From Felis catus (taxonomy: Eukaryota): a stretch of 64,000 nucleotides of DNA. This document shows, one piece after another, positions 13,721 to 26,690 of this stretch. The first letter of the stretch is position 1. Each line of letters starts with the position of its first letter. The translations under genes and the position numbers were made by a program. Location of the stretch: the NCBI RefSeq assembly GCF_018350175.1, contig NC_058368.1, positions 227,666,001-227,730,000 of the forward strand, written 5' to 3'. The notes under the pieces were generated by a model. The model had not been told where the DNA came from, searched no databases, and worked only from the letters and a program-made list of their open reading frames with translations.

Positions 13721-14904
13721 GATGAAAGAGCTAAGTGTGAGACCTGAAACCATAAAAATCCTAGAAGACAACATAGGCAGTGATGTCTGTAACACTGGCC
13801 ACAGCAACATTCTTCTAGCTATATCTCCTGAGGCAAGGGAAATAAAAGCAAAAATAATCTATTGGGACTACACCAAAATAAATAGCTTGTGCTCAGTGAA
13901 GGAAACAATCAGCAGCACTAAAGGGCAACCCTATGGAATGAGAAGATATTTGCAAATGACATACCCAATAAAGGGTCAGTATCCAAAATATATAGAGAAC
14001 TTAGACAATTCAACACCCAAAACCAAATAATCCAACTAGAAATGGGCAAAAGATATGAACAGACATACAGATGGCTGACAGACACATGAAAAGATACTCA
14101 ACGTCACGCATCATCAGGGAAATGCAAATCAAAACTACAATGAGATATGACCTCACACAGGTCAGAATGACTAAAATAAAAAACACAAAAAACAGTAAGT
14201 GTTGGCAAAGATGTGGAGAAAAAGGAACTCTCTTGCACTACTGGTGGGAATGCAAACTGGTGCAGCTACTGTGGAAAAGAGTATGGAGGTTCCTCAAAAA
14301 GTTAAAAATGGGACTGCCCTACGATCCAGTAATTGCAGTACTGGGTTATTTAACAATACAAAAACACTAATTCAAAGGGATATATACACCCGTATGTTTA
14401 TTGCAGCATTATTTATAATAGCCAAACTATGGAAGCAGCCAAGTGTCCATTGGTAAACAAAGAAGAGGTGGCATATACAATGGAATATTATCCAACCATA
14501 AGAATGAAATCTTGCCATTTGCCACAAGATGGATACAGCTACAGAGTAAAATGGTAAGCAAAGAAAGTCAGAGAAAGACAAGTACCATATGATTTCACTC
14601 ATACATGGAATTAAAGAAACAAAACAAATGAGCAGAGGGAAAAGGGGGGGGGGAGGGGGGGAGGGAGAGAGAAACCAAGAAACAGACTCTTAACTATAGA
14701 GAACAAACTGATGGTTACCTGACCACAGGGGTTGGGGGGGGGGGGGGATGGGTGAAACAGGTGAAGGGGATTAAGGAGTGCACTTAGCACGATGAGTGCT
14801 AGGTAATGTATAGAATTGTTGAATGACTATATTGTATACCTGAAACTAACATGACACTGTTAACTATACTGGAATTAAAATTTAAAAAAAAATTTTTAAA
14901 AAAA
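13721..14904 (+). mobile_element. 5'-truncated carnivore L1 (ORF2 C-terminal remnant + 3'UTR + A tail), antisense to TRIO
   Basis: Frameshifted ORF2-like peptides ([68 protein letters not shown]), G-rich 3'UTR and A tail. Confidence 0.95.
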
Positions 14905-16459
14905 GGAGTGGACAGAATTTTAAACTTTTATGTCATCTACCAACCCATCTATCTTCTAAAAATATATAAATCACCAGTTCTCATGGTTAGTACCCTACTT
15001 TTAATTACATAAGTACATGAAATCTCTTAAAGGAAACAAGCTGAGGAAGGAAAGGAAGGAGGAAGGAAGGTGGTAGGTAGGTTATTATTCATATAAATAG
15101 TCTCGCTTTGGATATTCCCATCAAAGTCCAACCAAACCATCAGTCTGTCAACACTGGCTAATCCTTTTATCTTGCCCATTCTTTGGAAATGAATATAAAA
15201 TAGTCCAAAGTTACCCCCCCACCCAAATCTTCCTATGTCCAGATCTTAATCTCTGACACTAAAGTAATTATGTATAGCTTAATAACTTATGCCTAGTTAT
15301 TGAACTATAAAATGCACAAACATACACACATTTGCATGCATGCAACAGACCCTGTCCAGCTAATCCCTGGGCACTTTCCCCTCTGGGACCCTGGCAATGT
15401 GGCTGGCAGTGGATAAAAGGAAGTCTCAAGGTGCCTAGGGTTTCCTGGTTCTGCCTGCTCCTGAGTGCATGAGTCCTCAAGGGCTTGATGACCTCTGCTC
15501 CCTCCTCACTTCCGATTTGCCCCAGGCCCCTGGGCTCCTGGAGTCTTGTATTATATCTGCTTTGGGGAAAGAGATCCAACCATTCCCCACCTTTTAACTC
15601 CCACCATTGAGCTTTCAAGCTCCTTCCAAGCTTGCTTACTAAGATTCCTCTCAAGGTCAAGTCTCTCCAGTGTTCACCATGACAAAAGGTAATGAAAGCT
15701 GGCTTTAAACCCACCAGGAAGATCAGCATCAGGCTCTATCTGTCCCCAGCTGGCTCCCGATCCCTAACCAAACACTTACCCTCCAGTACTCCCTAATTCC
15801 AATGGAGAAACTCTCAGAAAAGATGGCAATCCTCTAACCATGCTTATCAGGAGCCACAATCAAAACTGGGAGCGTGGGAACATAAACAGAGGAGAATATT
15901 AAATAGCTGGGGCTATACAATGATTCTGGTGAGTGGGACAAGAAAAACCGAGCCTCCTGACTTAAATTAATGAGCAAAAGACAATGAGGTTCAGAAACCT
16001 TCACTTAAAAGCTAGGTCCACCGTAGGTGATGCCAACCAAGAACTCCTAAGTCAAGCTTCACAATAAGATGGCTTCTCCTGACAGAAGGATAGTAGCCAA
16101 AGACCCAAGGCAAACCAGAAAAATAGCTTCTCTGCAGACCTGAAACCTCTTTGTCTTTATGGCATGTCCTGATTTCCCCACCTTGCTGCATTCAAGATCC
16201 CCATTTTGCATTCAAGTGGCCAAAATTTTTACTAGAGACCTCACCACATTAGCAGAATTCCCATGTACTTCCTCAGCCACTCCCAAGTTCTCACTATCAA
16301 GCAAAGCTCCTGCTCCTTCAAGCAGATCTCCTGGTTAGATCACTTGGTTCCAATATAAGGCCAATCCTCACCCGTTCCAGAATAAATGAACAAACTTTTA
16401 ACCCCAAAGAATCTTTAATTAGCAAAACTGGGTAATTCCTTAAGTTTCTTCATCTGCCC

Positions 16460-16560
16460 ACTCATTCACTCATTCAACAAATACCAAACTGTATCCCAGA
16501 CACTTAGGAAACACCAGTGAATAAAATGCAGATCGCTGGCCCATGGACTTTACACTTCTG
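16460..16560 (-). mobile_element. L2 3'-end relic
   Basis: ctcattcactcattcaacaaatac...cccagacact...gtgaataaaa. Confidence 0.5.
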
Positions 16561-18182
16561 CTCGCTGGGAGTTCTCCGTGACTTGCTTGGATGTCCACAA
16601 TAGGACCTACCCTGTCCCTCAACTGGAGTCTCGCTCCCTCCAACTTGCTCACCACACTGCAACCAGGCCGATCTTTCTAACACATGCAGGATCATGTCAT
16701 CCACCCCCCACTGCCCACAGCATCAAGTTCAAGTGCACAGCACATGGGCCCTTCCTGCTGTGAACTCAGTGAAGCGGGGAGAGCATTAGCTCAACAGGTG
16801 GCTGTGAGCAGTAAGAGGGGAAAGACACACAGGTGTCCCTCGCGTAAGCCTCACGGCCACTCACAAGTCACTTCAGGCCCTGGCATCAATTTACAGCAGT
16901 CAGCCAAAGTCCACTGCATCCCTTCACTGGCGTCCCACAGCTTACAGAAACAAGTCCCAAGCTGTCATCATGAGGTCACCTTTTCAGCACCTGCCCCTTC
17001 TCACACCTCCACACCACTCCACTCCACCCACACCCGGCTGCTCTCTGCACAGGCCATGCCCTTCTACATCTCTGATCTCACTGCAGTTCCCGCTGCCCAA
17101 CCCTCGGCCTATGGACTTTCTAACCCATCCTTCAAGGATCAGCTCAAACCCCACCTCTCCCGTGAAGACTGTCATGGTACCCAAGCAACGGTTACTCGCA
17201 TCTCTATTACAGGACTCTTCATCTTCCCTCTATGCCAGACCCTTGACGTTTGAGACAGACATGGACAAAGCTCCCTGGAACCCCCACATCTGCACGAATC
17301 ATTAAAGCATAGACATTCACCCTTAAAATGCAAGTACAAGGCAGGCAGATAACATGCATGAGGGTGGCTAGCTGCATTTACTCCCCACTCCAGCTAACAC
17401 TTTCGTAGGCAGGACTCACATTTACGCCTTAGCAAAATTACACCTGACGATAACCAGACACACGACACTAAATCTGAGCATGCTATGATATGATCTATCA
17501 GGCTACCAAATGGTCGGCTCTCACTGGACTACGATTCCTCAAGAAAAGGAGCTTCAACCCATCCAACAGTTACCTCTGTATCTCTGAGTGTCACATGTTA
17601 GATTAAGATATTTTGAAAAGAAGAATGAAATGTGGATGACCAGAATCCAGAAGAGACTAGATTTGCTTCATCGTTTTCTCAGAATATTCACTAATGGCCC
17701 CCCATCAACCTGCAGGGAGTTCTTCCAAGAAATAACTCAGAGGGGGTAATGCTCGCACACAGAAAGGGCTACTGACCACGTGGACGGGGGCAGGCAGTTT
17801 TTCAGGAGATGTCTCCACCTCAGGGGCCTCTTTGGGGAGGACAGCCTGCTTCGGGAAAGTTCTGGGCCCATTCACCTCATCCAACTTGTTGGAGTCGCTA
17901 AATGGCACCAATCCAAAAGGCAGGCGGGGTGACAGTGAGCAGGACAAGGGGGCTGAGAGCACACCACATCCTTCCACAAGCAACATCCCATTTGAACAAA
18001 CACAGCAAAAACGACCTTGTTTAGAGCAAACTAAAGCGTACCCGACCCTTAAGAACACTGGTCAGCAGTAACACAACCATCCATCAACCAACCATCCTGA
18101 GGGTCACTCTAATGGGAAACGTGAGGCGACAGAATACATGTGTTACTTGATCATCGTGAAATGTGGCCGAGTACTGATTTCA

Positions 18183-18253
18183 TTTTTCATTTAATTTTTA
18201 GAGAGAGAGATTGAGAGAGCGTGAGTGGGAGACAGGGGCAGCGGGAAAGGGAA

Positions 18254-18285
<32 letters not shown>

Positions 18286-18406
18286 CCTTAAGCAGGCTCC
18301 CCACTCAGTGATGTGGGGCCTGATGTGAGGCTGGATACCCTGGGATCGTGACCTGAGCCAAAATCAAGAGCCAGATGCTCGACCGACTGAGCCACCCAGG
18401 TGCCCC
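18183..18406 (-). mobile_element. CAN-SINE with (GA)n tract
   Basis: gagaaccttaagcaggctcc...gactgagccacccaggtgcccc. Confidence 0.92.
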
Positions 18407-20659
18407 TTCTTTTATTTTTAGGTTAATAATGACAAAGGTTTCTCCCTGTCAGCAGCTAGCATGTACATCTGACCTCACCCCAGTCCTCTCCTCCATTCTC
18501 TGACTGGACAAGTGGTGGGGGCCAGGCTACGGTAGCTTCACCTCCCCGCACCTCGGCACCTGGGTACCTGAAACACCTTCCATACAGGAATTACCCAATT
18601 CCCTTGGCTTATTACAAAAACAGCTAGCCACTAACCCAAAATTATTCATGTTTTAAAGACCAAACTCCCCATGCCCACTGTCCCCCTGCCCTTCCTTGAG
18701 AACACGCTGTTGACAGTCTGGTTTCTGTTTCAAATATTTTCCAAACTCTTTCAGAGGGTTGTTTTAGAGGATTGTTTCCATAAAAAGATAGCATCATTCC
18801 ACACCTATTGTGCAGTTAGCTGCTCTTTTTATCTCTCAGCAGTATTTACAGATGCTTTTTCATCACTCAAAACAACCAGGCAAAAACCACTTGTGGTATC
18901 TAACTGGCTTATGCTTTTACGGATTTTGTTTTTCATCTTTACACATTTACCTTCTGCTGACAACGCCTTCTAAAGGACTACTATTTTTTTCCCATTTATT
19001 CTCAGCTTACCTCTCCTACTGTTTGCTCAATATAGCAACAATGTCCACGTGTTGTAACTGCTGGAATTTCAGAAACACATTTCTGGTTCTGACATCATAC
19101 AACTCCTTCCAGGTAAAAGTGCTTGCTTTGCTTAATCTTATCAACTCTACTTCGTGCTCCACAGGTCAAGCCTACACAGCAATTTCCTGTTTGCATAACA
19201 AGTCCAGACCATTCCAGATCATTTTATCAAAAGAACGTTTCCCTTAAAGAGCAATTATCTATTTTCTATGGAATGCTAATAGGACCACATATGCCTTATG
19301 TGTATTGCAAAACACTTTCCCCTGCTGACATCCAACCCAATCTACTGATGCTGGAGAAAAAAAATCTAGCTTAAAGAACTGGTCTCATAATTATCATAAT
19401 TACCTTTCTACATAGAAGATTTAATGTTTGCTGTTTTCAGATTCAAGGGCATCAGGTACCTGGTGCTGAATCAGATGGCTACACTCCTCAGCCTCTTCCC
19501 AAAGGGGCCTCCCAAATCCCCCACCATAAACCGTCCAGGGGCCTATTCTCAGGTGCCTGGTGCCCCACGGAGCCACCAGAGCTGGGGATGACGCGGGAGG
19601 GAGAGCCCCTGGGGCTGCTTCAGGGAAGGTATGTTGGTCCATGGATGGGTAACGAATACGTGATCCAAGGGACAGAGAGGTGAGTGGGGAAAATCCTTTA
19701 ATGATTACATTTAAACTATTAACATTTCACGGTAGGTGAATGTTTTTAAACAATTAGGAGAAGCTAATATTTATGCTTTGACCACAGCACCTCAGTTCGC
19801 ACAAATAAGTCCCTGACATTGACTCCTCCCTATTCACTCCTTGCTCTAAATTCTTTCCCTGGCAATTATCCTCTTTGATTAAAATAACACTGGCAAGAAG
19901 CATGAATAACATCAAAGTGATCGTTTCTGAGACTTGGTATATGCAATCTTCAGGGAACTCAAAACCCACAAGTGGAATCAAAGCGTTGTATGTGAAAATT
20001 TTCAATTACAGAGCAATTGAAAGTATTCTGAACTCACCAGACTCACATGACATGAAGAACGATGGTCAATAAAACATGGAGAATCTACGTGTTCATGAGA
20101 ACACAGCACGACTTTCCACCACCTCAGCCCACTGGCCTTCGGAAGACGCTTGGGAAGAGTGAAATCTGAGCCTGTACGTGTCTGAGCAACGCTCCCGGGG
20201 GCCCAGGGAAGAGAGGGAGGTTTTGCTCCAGACCCATCGCTGTGGCATCACACCAACTCCACTGAATGCCACAGGCTTCCTCGCGTGCCTCCGAAGTCCT
20301 CACCCCCCGTGTCCACACCTCATCCACACCCTGGCTTCCCTCGGTTTTAGGGCAAGGACACAGCGTTTATCTTGTTCATCTCTAAAGCTGTATCATATTT
20401 TATATGCTACCACAGCTTTAACTCTCAAAACCCTGGAAGCAGCACGATCCTCTTTACTCCACAACAACGGCACAACCAGTGTGGGGACTAGACTTACTGT
20501 TATTTTTGTAACAATAACAACAAAAAAGGTGAAAACTGCTTAGAAATTAACAGTCCTAAAACTCCACTTTCCCTCAACTAGACAACTATTTATTGAGCAC
20601 ATACTGTGTACCTTGGAGCGCACCATCTACCAAGCGGGAAGAGAGGCACCGTTAGCTTT

Positions 20660-21420
20660 CTGCCTAGGTCATCAGGGAGCGGACAAATCCTCAACCGTGC
20701 CGGCATCCGGGTGTAAGCGCCACCGGCATTATTCTCACAAGTAAAAGGAACTGGAAATGACCTGTTTCGAGAACACCAGTGGGAGTCTCCAGCCGAGGCC
20801 CCGCCCCACCTCGCACGTTCTGCGGAAGTCAGACGGTGGCTGGCAGAAGCCGGAGCTAGCCTTCTCAAAACCACGGCCGCTCGTGGAGAGAAAAGCGGCC
20901 GTGTGCGTGTGTGCGCACGCGCGTGTGCACCCTTTTCCTTCCACCTCCCGTCTGTAGCGGCTCGGCACCCTGTCAGCACGGACACGCCCAGTAGGACGTG
21001 CGCTCGCGGGGACTCCCCCACGTGTCCCCCCACGCGGAAGAGCATGACCTGAAACTGACCTGCTGCACGTCCTGCTGGAAGACACAGAGCTGCAGCCGCT
21101 GGTGCAGCCGGACCTTGCGGTGCTGCCAGATGTTTTCGAGCTGCCGCTGGTGGTGCAGCACCTCGTGGATGACGTCGAGGACGTGGTGCACCGCCTTGGA
21201 GTAGTTGGCGGAGGCCGTCAGGGAGTCGGAGCTGCCGGGAGTCAGCGGCCGCTGGAGCTTGTCGAGGAGCGACTTCCCGTCCTGGCTCACCTGCCCACGA
21301 AACACACGGGCGATTATCCGAGGTTCGCGGCTTTCCCCAGGCCGCGAGCCCAGCCCCGTCCCGCGTGCGGGTGCGGACACCCTCGCGTACACTCACACGC
21401 AAAGGTAGACCGTCGTGTTA
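20660..21420. promoter_or_regulatory. Intragenic CpG-island-like GC peak spanning TRIO exon 9
   Basis: Visibly dense CpG and high GC against AT-rich flanks; GC box ggccccgcccc at 20797-20807; NRF1-like tgcgcacgcgc near 20912. Confidence 0.6.
21060..21290 (-). CDS. TRIO: TRIO coding exon (~exon 9, 231 nt): VSQDGKSLLDKLQRPLTPGSSDSLTASANYSKAVHHVLDVIHEVLHHQRQLENIWQHRKVRLHQRLQLCVFQQDVQQ
   Basis: ORF 20973..21392; acceptor gtgggcag|GTG, donor CAG|gtcagt. Confidence 0.96.
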
Positions 21421-21846
21421 CTCACTGGCATGTTTTGTACAGAACAAAATAAAATTTAAAGTAAATCCATCAGTCCTGCAACGATGATGCTGCAGGACCA
21501 AACGTGGTAGAACACGGACTTAACATAAAAGAATGGTCATTTTCATACAACATTCTAGGAGATGCCATTCTTGATGAATAAACATAGTATTTTGCCTTAA
21601 ATGGTATAAGTCAGTTGATGTAAATTGCATTGCTGGGTTATCTCGAAATTAAAATTTTAAATTAGTATTTTTCTCTTGAGAGGTTATGTTAGAATTAAAC
21701 AATCACAGTCGAGCAAAGTTTTAACACAGAATCTTGAAACTTCAGTTAAAAAGATTTATCCATAATCTAGCCCTTGGCAAAAAATATGTACTTAAACTTT
21801 CTGACGTAGCTGGATAGCAATTTTACTTCACAGAATAAAACTTTTA

Positions 21847-22070
21847 TTTTTTTTTTAATTTTTTTTTAACGTTTATTCATTTTTGAGACAGAGAGAGACA
21901 GAGCATGAATGGGGGAAGGTCAGAGAGAGAGGGAGACACAGAATCTGAAACAGGGTCCAGGCTCTGAGCTATCAGCACAGAGCCCGACGCGGGGCTCCAA
22001 CTCACGGACCGTGAGATCATGACCTGAGCCGAAGTCGGACGCCCAACCGACTGAGCCACCCAGGCGCTCC
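21847..22070 (-). mobile_element. Young felid SINEC_Fc-type SINE with perfect 16-bp TSD cagaataaaactttta (21831-21846 / 22071-22086)
   Basis: Near-consensus body; exact TSD. Confidence 0.96.
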
Positions 22071-23079
22071 CAGAATAAAACTTTTAAAATGCTGTTTTTA
22101 TTTGATTCATGAGCTTAAAAGATATTTTAATTAAAATGCTATTTTTAAAAGGGATTTCAATGTTATTTCTATATTATGGCAGCTAACTACCAAATTACAA
22201 TTAAGTGAAAGCATTCAGACAAACCAAGGAAATAAGCAAAGATAAAAGTGGAATGTGGAAAGAAAAGCACTATGTATTTTTCAAATTTAAGTGGTTCTTA
22301 AGACTTATGAATGACTATGTCAGATGTGGTAGAAAAAATATGAGATCAGACAGTAAGAAGGACGCGCGGCACACAAAGTAACAAGGCTGTGATTCAGGGG
22401 GTTTTTCACGTAAGTCCTCATCAGCATGGTCTCTCTGCTCAGATATTTCTGAATCTGAAAGCCTCAATGGTTTCTACTAGGAGAAGCAGCAGACCAGAGC
22501 TTTGTTAACAGATACAAGCAGGGTTCAAAGGAGGAGGTAGATGGGACAGACCCACACAGGAAGCTCCTGGCCACCCAGAACAGGTGGCCAGCATGAGGCC
22601 TATGAATTTCCTTTCATCCGCTTACAAGTTGTGCTGGAATGGAAACGTGTTTGATTTCTAAGACCTGATTTTGAGACCTCGGTTGGAGGTGCTGACTATT
22701 CCTCATGAAGGCGGGTTGTCAGCCTTCATAGAGTGAAACTGATCTAACGTATCAAGATAGCAAAAACCAGTCAACGAGACATAACCAAAGATGACAGGTA
22801 AAAAAGAACCAACTAAACCACTTAGTATCAGGCACACGTAAAAACAAAAACTGGTAATGTAAGTCTTCTAAAAACAGGCCTTTGTCCCCAGCCCCAGGAG
22901 TCACTAAAACTTGCATGGACATTTTTGATACAATGACTTTGGAGAGGGAGGCATCATGATGGATTTCGAGGAAGGGACTCATTGTGAAGGATCCAAAGAG
23001 GCAGGATGTCACGTCTAAATGAAGACCTGTCCCACTCATTATCGGGGCTAGGCCCCATTTAACATATACTCATGAAGGT

Positions 23080-23167
23080 TCTTTCTTCTCCTTCTTCTTT
23101 CTTCTCTTCCTCCTCCTCCTCCTCTCCCTCCCCCTCCTCCTCCTTCTCCTTCTTCTTCTTCTTTTTT
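23080..23167. repeat. (CTT/CCT)n pyrimidine simple repeat
   Basis: ctttcttctccttcttctttcttctcttcctcctcctcctc...cttcttcttctt. Confidence 0.85.
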
Positions 23168-23809
23168 GGACCACTCTAACATACACTGATTTTTCCAGGA
23201 ATGCAATTACCATGTTAATCAAAACAAATCTCGTTAATAGGCAGTGCTTGGTTTTCTTTGGAACTTTATAAAAGCCACTTACCATTCCAAAGTTATAGCG
23301 CGATAATGCCAATATTGTAGTTACCAGTATAACATGTGTCCAGTCTGCATTTGCTATATTCACAACAGTTTTTTATCTATGGCCAGCATAGATAACAATC
23401 TGAATATCTAATTTCTTCTTCTATTGTGCATGTACTTAGGCATTTATAGACTAAAAGACATTTTATTACAAATTACCTTTGTCTCTAATTGATATTGTAG
23501 CATATATGTGATTTATATAACACACACACATAAATCTTATTTGAAGATAGATTATTCACACATTTTATTCCAGCTGGCATCAGAAGATGTTTTGCTAATC
23601 TTTGGGGGTGCAGCTTCTCTTAGGACTGAAAATCAGTACCTCAAAAGTCACATTTCACATTCTACAGAGGCCAGCAAGAATTCCTTATACGTATTTCCTC
23701 TAAGTTTTACCCCTTATAATTAACATAAGTCAAGAAACATACAGAGCATATGATCTGGTATGACATGTTTTAGAAAGATCTAGATCAGAGGCATGGCAGA
23801 AACTGATAG

Positions 23810-24250
23810 CTGCCTCCTCGAAGTCCAATGGCCCCTCCTTGACAGCCAATCCCCAATAGTCAGGAATGGCCAAACCCCAGCTATAACACTGCACTTCCCA
23901 GCCTTGCCTACAAATAGGAGTGGCTAATATACAGAAGTAAAAACCATTGAGGGGGCTTCGAGGAAAGAAAGATATTTAGGAGGTGAAGTGTGCTCATTCT
24001 TCTTTGCCTCTTTTTCCTCCCTGCTGCCAAGAACTTGGTGGAGATGGCTGGAGCTGCAGCACCTATTACTAACCTTGAGGGAGGCTTAAGGACAGCAGCC
24101 CACCTGCTAAGAGAGGCAAAAGAAAAAGACAAAAGGATCCAGAGATCTCGTACCAACAGAGCTACTGCACCAGCCTTGGAATGCCAGCCCTGGGACTTCT
24201 ACAGGGGCAGAAAGCAAACTTCTTATCTTAAGCTGTTGTTCTGGATCATA
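23810..24250. mobile_element. MLT1-type (MaLR) LTR relic
   Basis: cacttcccagccttgc...gagatggctggagctgcagc...cagccttgga...ggacttct...aaacttcttatcttaagc; typical MLT1J/K-like blocks. Confidence 0.5.
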
Positions 24251-26481
24251 CACTAGAAATACAAAATGACAAATGGATTCTCAGCCTTCACCAAGTGTCC
24301 ACAGGCATTCATGTGACACCATTAATATTCCACTACTGTGAATAAATAAATCATCTGAGCAAGAATATTCCAAAGAATCAGTGTTTCCTCAGGTGTCTTT
24401 GCGATGTTTACCAGAGCTCCAGAGCAGGTATTACCGGGCTTCCTCAGGATGGAGGGGTGGTGGGAGACGGAGGAGTACATACCCAAAACAGGAACACACA
24501 AATACCTTAACAGAAGACTACTTATTACGCAAAACTCCGCCTTCTGGGAATCCCTAAGCAGGGATTAAAGTGTCCGCGTCAGGGCCACTGCTGGCACAGC
24601 CAGTGGTGGAGACAGAAGCGGCAGAAAGCTTCTAGGCAAGAAAACACCTCTTATCCCCACCAAGACCAGAGAGCGCTCCAGTCCAACACAAGCTCTACAT
24701 AGCATTCCTCCGACACACCTTCCAGAGACAATTCTATTTCATTTCAGTGGAGCGTTTATTCATTTTTCAGTTTGAAAGACATTATTCAAGCACATAAAGG
24801 ACTCCATCTCTATTTCAGTGACTTCTGGCAAAATGTCTGTCTTCATGAGTATGGTAGTATTACGCAGGGAAAAATACGCCAGAATTTTATGAAGCTGCTA
24901 TTCTACTGCATAGAAATAAAGGCTTGTAAATGGTACAGAATAACCAGAAGAGAAGTAACAACACACTGAAGACTATATTGCTGCCCAAAAAATCCTACAT
25001 GGTTTAAGGACTGAAACAAGCAACTACATTCATGGTATGTCGTACAGTTCCAGACTTCCTACCACAGAACCAGGTGAGTCAATGTGCTATAGGTTTGGTT
25101 TAAAAAGGTTTTTCTAGCTTTCACGCAAACCCCATCCCACAAAGGGACAACACCACAAGAAAGAAAATCAACCTTTATTATCAAAACGCAGGATTTCTCT
25201 CCTGTAGATTTTTGAACAAATCAAACTGGCTCATTTTTTTTCAGGTTCTGCTCTTTTTCTTGGAATACAGCACTCAGGGATTTGACAGGTAGCAGAAGAT
25301 ATAGTAATGTGCCTTAAGTGTATGAACTAATATGCTCTAATAACTAAATGAGTTAAGAAAAATGAAAAGTCTTAACTGTTTAAAATCTAGAATAATGGTC
25401 TGGTTCTTGGATATTTACTTTTAATCAAACTACACATTAGATTTCTAAGACTGGTAAGATCTGGATTTCTGTGTGCCACCCTAAAAAAGTTTCCACCAAA
25501 CCTCACAGAGACCAGCCTATTCTTATCTCTGATACTTGGAGCTCTGATTTCCCATGAATCAGATTAGAGCAAAGGGTCACCAGCGGAATCTTCTTCACGT
25601 GCCCAAAGTAAGAATACTGTTCTGATCTAAGGAAAAGGAACAGTACCCACTGATTATTGCTTATGGTTGCAAAAACCACCACCACTCAAAGACCACCTAT
25701 GACCTACAATATGTCAATAGGTCCAAATGTGGGATTGTAGATCTAGAAAGAAGTGCTAGGAAGTGTTGTTCCCCAGGAATAACCCAATTAAGCAAAATAC
25801 GCAATATATAAAGGCATGATCAGAAAGGACTACACTTAGCAGGTCACGAAGAAGGGAGGTCCTTCTTCAAAACTTTCATGAAACAAGCTGCACCATTTGC
25901 ATCAACTCAAAGCAACACGAGTTGTTTTGATTGGCTCTGCAGGGCCTGGCCTGCCGTGGCCAGCCCAGAGCACACCTCCATGCTAAGCCTGGGAACGGCT
26001 TCACAGCCACCACTTTCCTCTCCAACTCTGGCAGAAATGGTTCTGAAATCAAAGTTCTGATGAAACAGGAAAGAGCGACCATGGGTCAGCGTGTCATGTA
26101 GCTGTGGCTGATGTCCCTCGAGCAAACAGGAACACTTCCTTTCTGAGTCAGGAGGTTACACCTGTCTTAGGATGGCTACACTACCAAGAACAGAGGCCAA
26201 TGGCTTTCTGAAGGTCCTGTACTGGCAGTGGCATTTTCCCAGGGGTCAGGAAGGCCACCTGATAAAGGGCAACATTCTTGCCTTCAGATTACTTGGCTCC
26301 CCTCTGATGCTGGTCCTTCTCCAGACAAAGTTCTTAGGATATTCCTCTAAAAGCAGGTTTCTAGTTCTTTCAACTTTTAGGTTTCTTACTCAAAACTAGG
26401 TCATTCTAACCATGTTTGATTCTGTGATATGTCTACATAGGATTATCAGGAAGGAAACACCAAAATAAGATGAAAACAGGA

Positions 26482-26690
26482 GGGGCGCCTGGGTGGCTCA
26501 GTCTGTTAAGCGTCCGACTCTTGACTTGGGCTCAGGCCACGATCTCACAGTTCAGGGGTTCCAGCCGCACTGGGCTCCGTGCTGACAGCTCGAAGCCTGC
26601 TTGGGATTCTCTCTCTCTGCCCCTCTCCAGCTCGCTCTCGTGAGCTCTCTCGCTCTCAAAATAAATAAATAAGCGTTAAAAAGAAAGCTA
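26482..26690 (+). mobile_element. CAN-SINE with imperfect TSD ending aaaacagga
   Basis: ggggcgcctgggtggctcagtctgttaagcgtccgactc...aaaataaataaataagcgttaaaa. Confidence 0.93.

Noticed and set aside
13722..14456. Possible active reverse-transcriptase gene
   Set aside because: Only a frameshifted C-terminal L1 ORF2 remnant; 5'-truncated and dead
16684..17253. 189-aa plus-strand ORF
   Set aside because: Ser/Pro/His-rich with no recognisable family; lies in degenerate L2-like intronic sequence
21043..21059. Second possible donor (cag|gtcatg) 11 nt into intron 9
   Set aside because: Weaker match than gtcagt and would frameshift; no supporting evidence from sequence alone
20590..21402. 270-aa minus-strand ORF overlapping exon 9 in another frame
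   Set aside because: GTG start, Arg/Ala/Pro-rich, no recognisable domain; stop-codon depletion is expected in this GC peak
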